Under the pieces are notes generated by a model. It was not told where the DNA came from. It saw only the letters and a program-made list of their open reading frames with translations, and ran no database searches. A program made the position numbers and the translations under genes. Below, one piece after another: positions 14,920-15,670 of a stretch of DNA of 15,670 bases (position 1 is the stretch's first letter; each line of letters begins with the position of its first letter). Source of the DNA: an uncultured bacterium (lineage in GTDB: Bacteria; SAR324; NAC60-12); the NCBI GenBank assembly GCA_964010765.1, contig CAXGMD010000077.1, positions 1 through 15,670 of the forward strand. Reading direction: 5' to 3'.

Positions 14920-15670
14920 TTGGAACATTTGTTGGACATCACAGGCCTGACCGTCAGCTACTACACTGACATTGGTCGGGCCATCGCCTTAAATCAAGTG
15001 GACCTGAAACTCAAACAGGGCGAAAAACTGGGTTTGGTAGGCGAATCCGGCTCTGGAAAGAGCACGATGGGCTTAGCCATGATGCGGATGATCAAGCCAC
15101 CTGGGAAGGTAGAAGGTGGCTCCGTTGTCATTGGTGGGGTGGACATGCTGCAGCTCAGCGACAAGGAAATGCTCAAGAGGCGACTCAGCACGATCTCCTA
15201 CATTCCTCAGGGGGCGATGAATTCGCTGAATCCTGTGTTGAAGATCAAGCGTCAGATGATTGACGCCTATAAGGCACATTATCCGAACCACAAGCTGGAT
15301 CAGATCCTCCAGTTGGCACATGAGGCCATGACCTCTGTGGAGTTGCCGGCGCATGTGCTGGAGATGCATCCTCACGAACTATCCGGAGGTATGAAGCAGC
15401 GAGTCTGTATTGCCATTGGGATCTTGCTCCGACCCCAGATCATCATTGCCGATGAGCCAACCAGTGCGCTTGATGTAGTGACTCAGCGTCAGGTGATCGA
15501 GACGCTCAACCGGGTACAGCAGAAGATTGGTTCTGCATTGATTTTGATCGGTCACGACATGGGCCTGATGGCCCAGTCGATGGACAAGGTAGCGGTGATG
15601 TATGCTGGAGAAATTGTGGAAATCAATGACGTGCAAACGGTCTTCACCAGTCCCAAACATCCCTACACGC
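14920..15670 (+). CDS. Opp/Dpp-family ABC ATP-binding protein (OppD/DppD-like), runs off the right edge
   Basis: Not in the ORF track. TTG start at 14920 after AAGGA; MEHLLDITGLTVSY...GLVGESGSGKST, IPQGAMNSLNP, HPHELSGGMKQR, IIADEPTSALD, IGHDMG, PKHPYT. Confidence 0.96.
   Translation, partial: MEHLLDITGLTVSYYTDIGRAIALNQVDLKLKQGEKLGLVGESGSGKSTMGLAMMRMIKPPGKVEGGSVVIGGVDMLQLSDKEMLKRRLSTISYIPQGAMNSLNPVLKIKRQMIDAYKAHYPNHKLDQILQLAHEAMTSVELPAHVLEMHPHELSGGMKQRVCIAIGILLRPQIIIADEPTSALDVVTQRQVIETLNRVQQKIGSALILIGHDMGLMAQSMDKVAVMYAGEIVEINDVQTVFTSPKHPYT

Noticed and set aside
14994..15660. Minus-strand ORFs of 65-100 aa at the right end
   Set aside because: Typical antisense shadows of the plus-strand ABC ATPase starting at 14920.
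1..15670. CRISPR array, tRNA/rRNA, IS or integrase, defence system
   Set aside because: No regularly spaced repeats, RNA-gene signatures, or transposase, recombinase or defence-nuclease motifs were seen by eye.

Overview
Bacterial chromosomal window with no rRNA, tRNA, CRISPR array or transposase. From left to right: (1) a minus-strand Rieske ferredoxin gene overlapping the start of hypF ([NiFe]-hydrogenase maturation; hypF runs off the left edge); (2) an HD-domain hydrolase whose TAG stop may be premature, convergent with an amidase-signature enzyme; (3) a FadR/GntR regulator divergent from a sugar or sugar-acid catabolic operon (Gci-like enolase-superfamily enzyme, XylF/G/H-like ABC transporter, two-subunit GMC flavin dehydrogenase), with a perfect operator-like palindrome between them; (4) an Opp/Dpp-family ABC transporter, probably carbohydrate-binding, running off the right edge. 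The most unexpected signal is in the apparent intergenic DNA after the GMC gene: a frameshifted, diverged copy of the enolase C-terminus (10854-10963). It shares an 11-bp repeat, CTGAATATTCA, with the intact gene (5451-5461), so the transporter+oxidase module is bracketed by two enolase 3' ends. This suggests a module swap or insertion through the enolase gene. All alignments were done by eye; no database searches were run.
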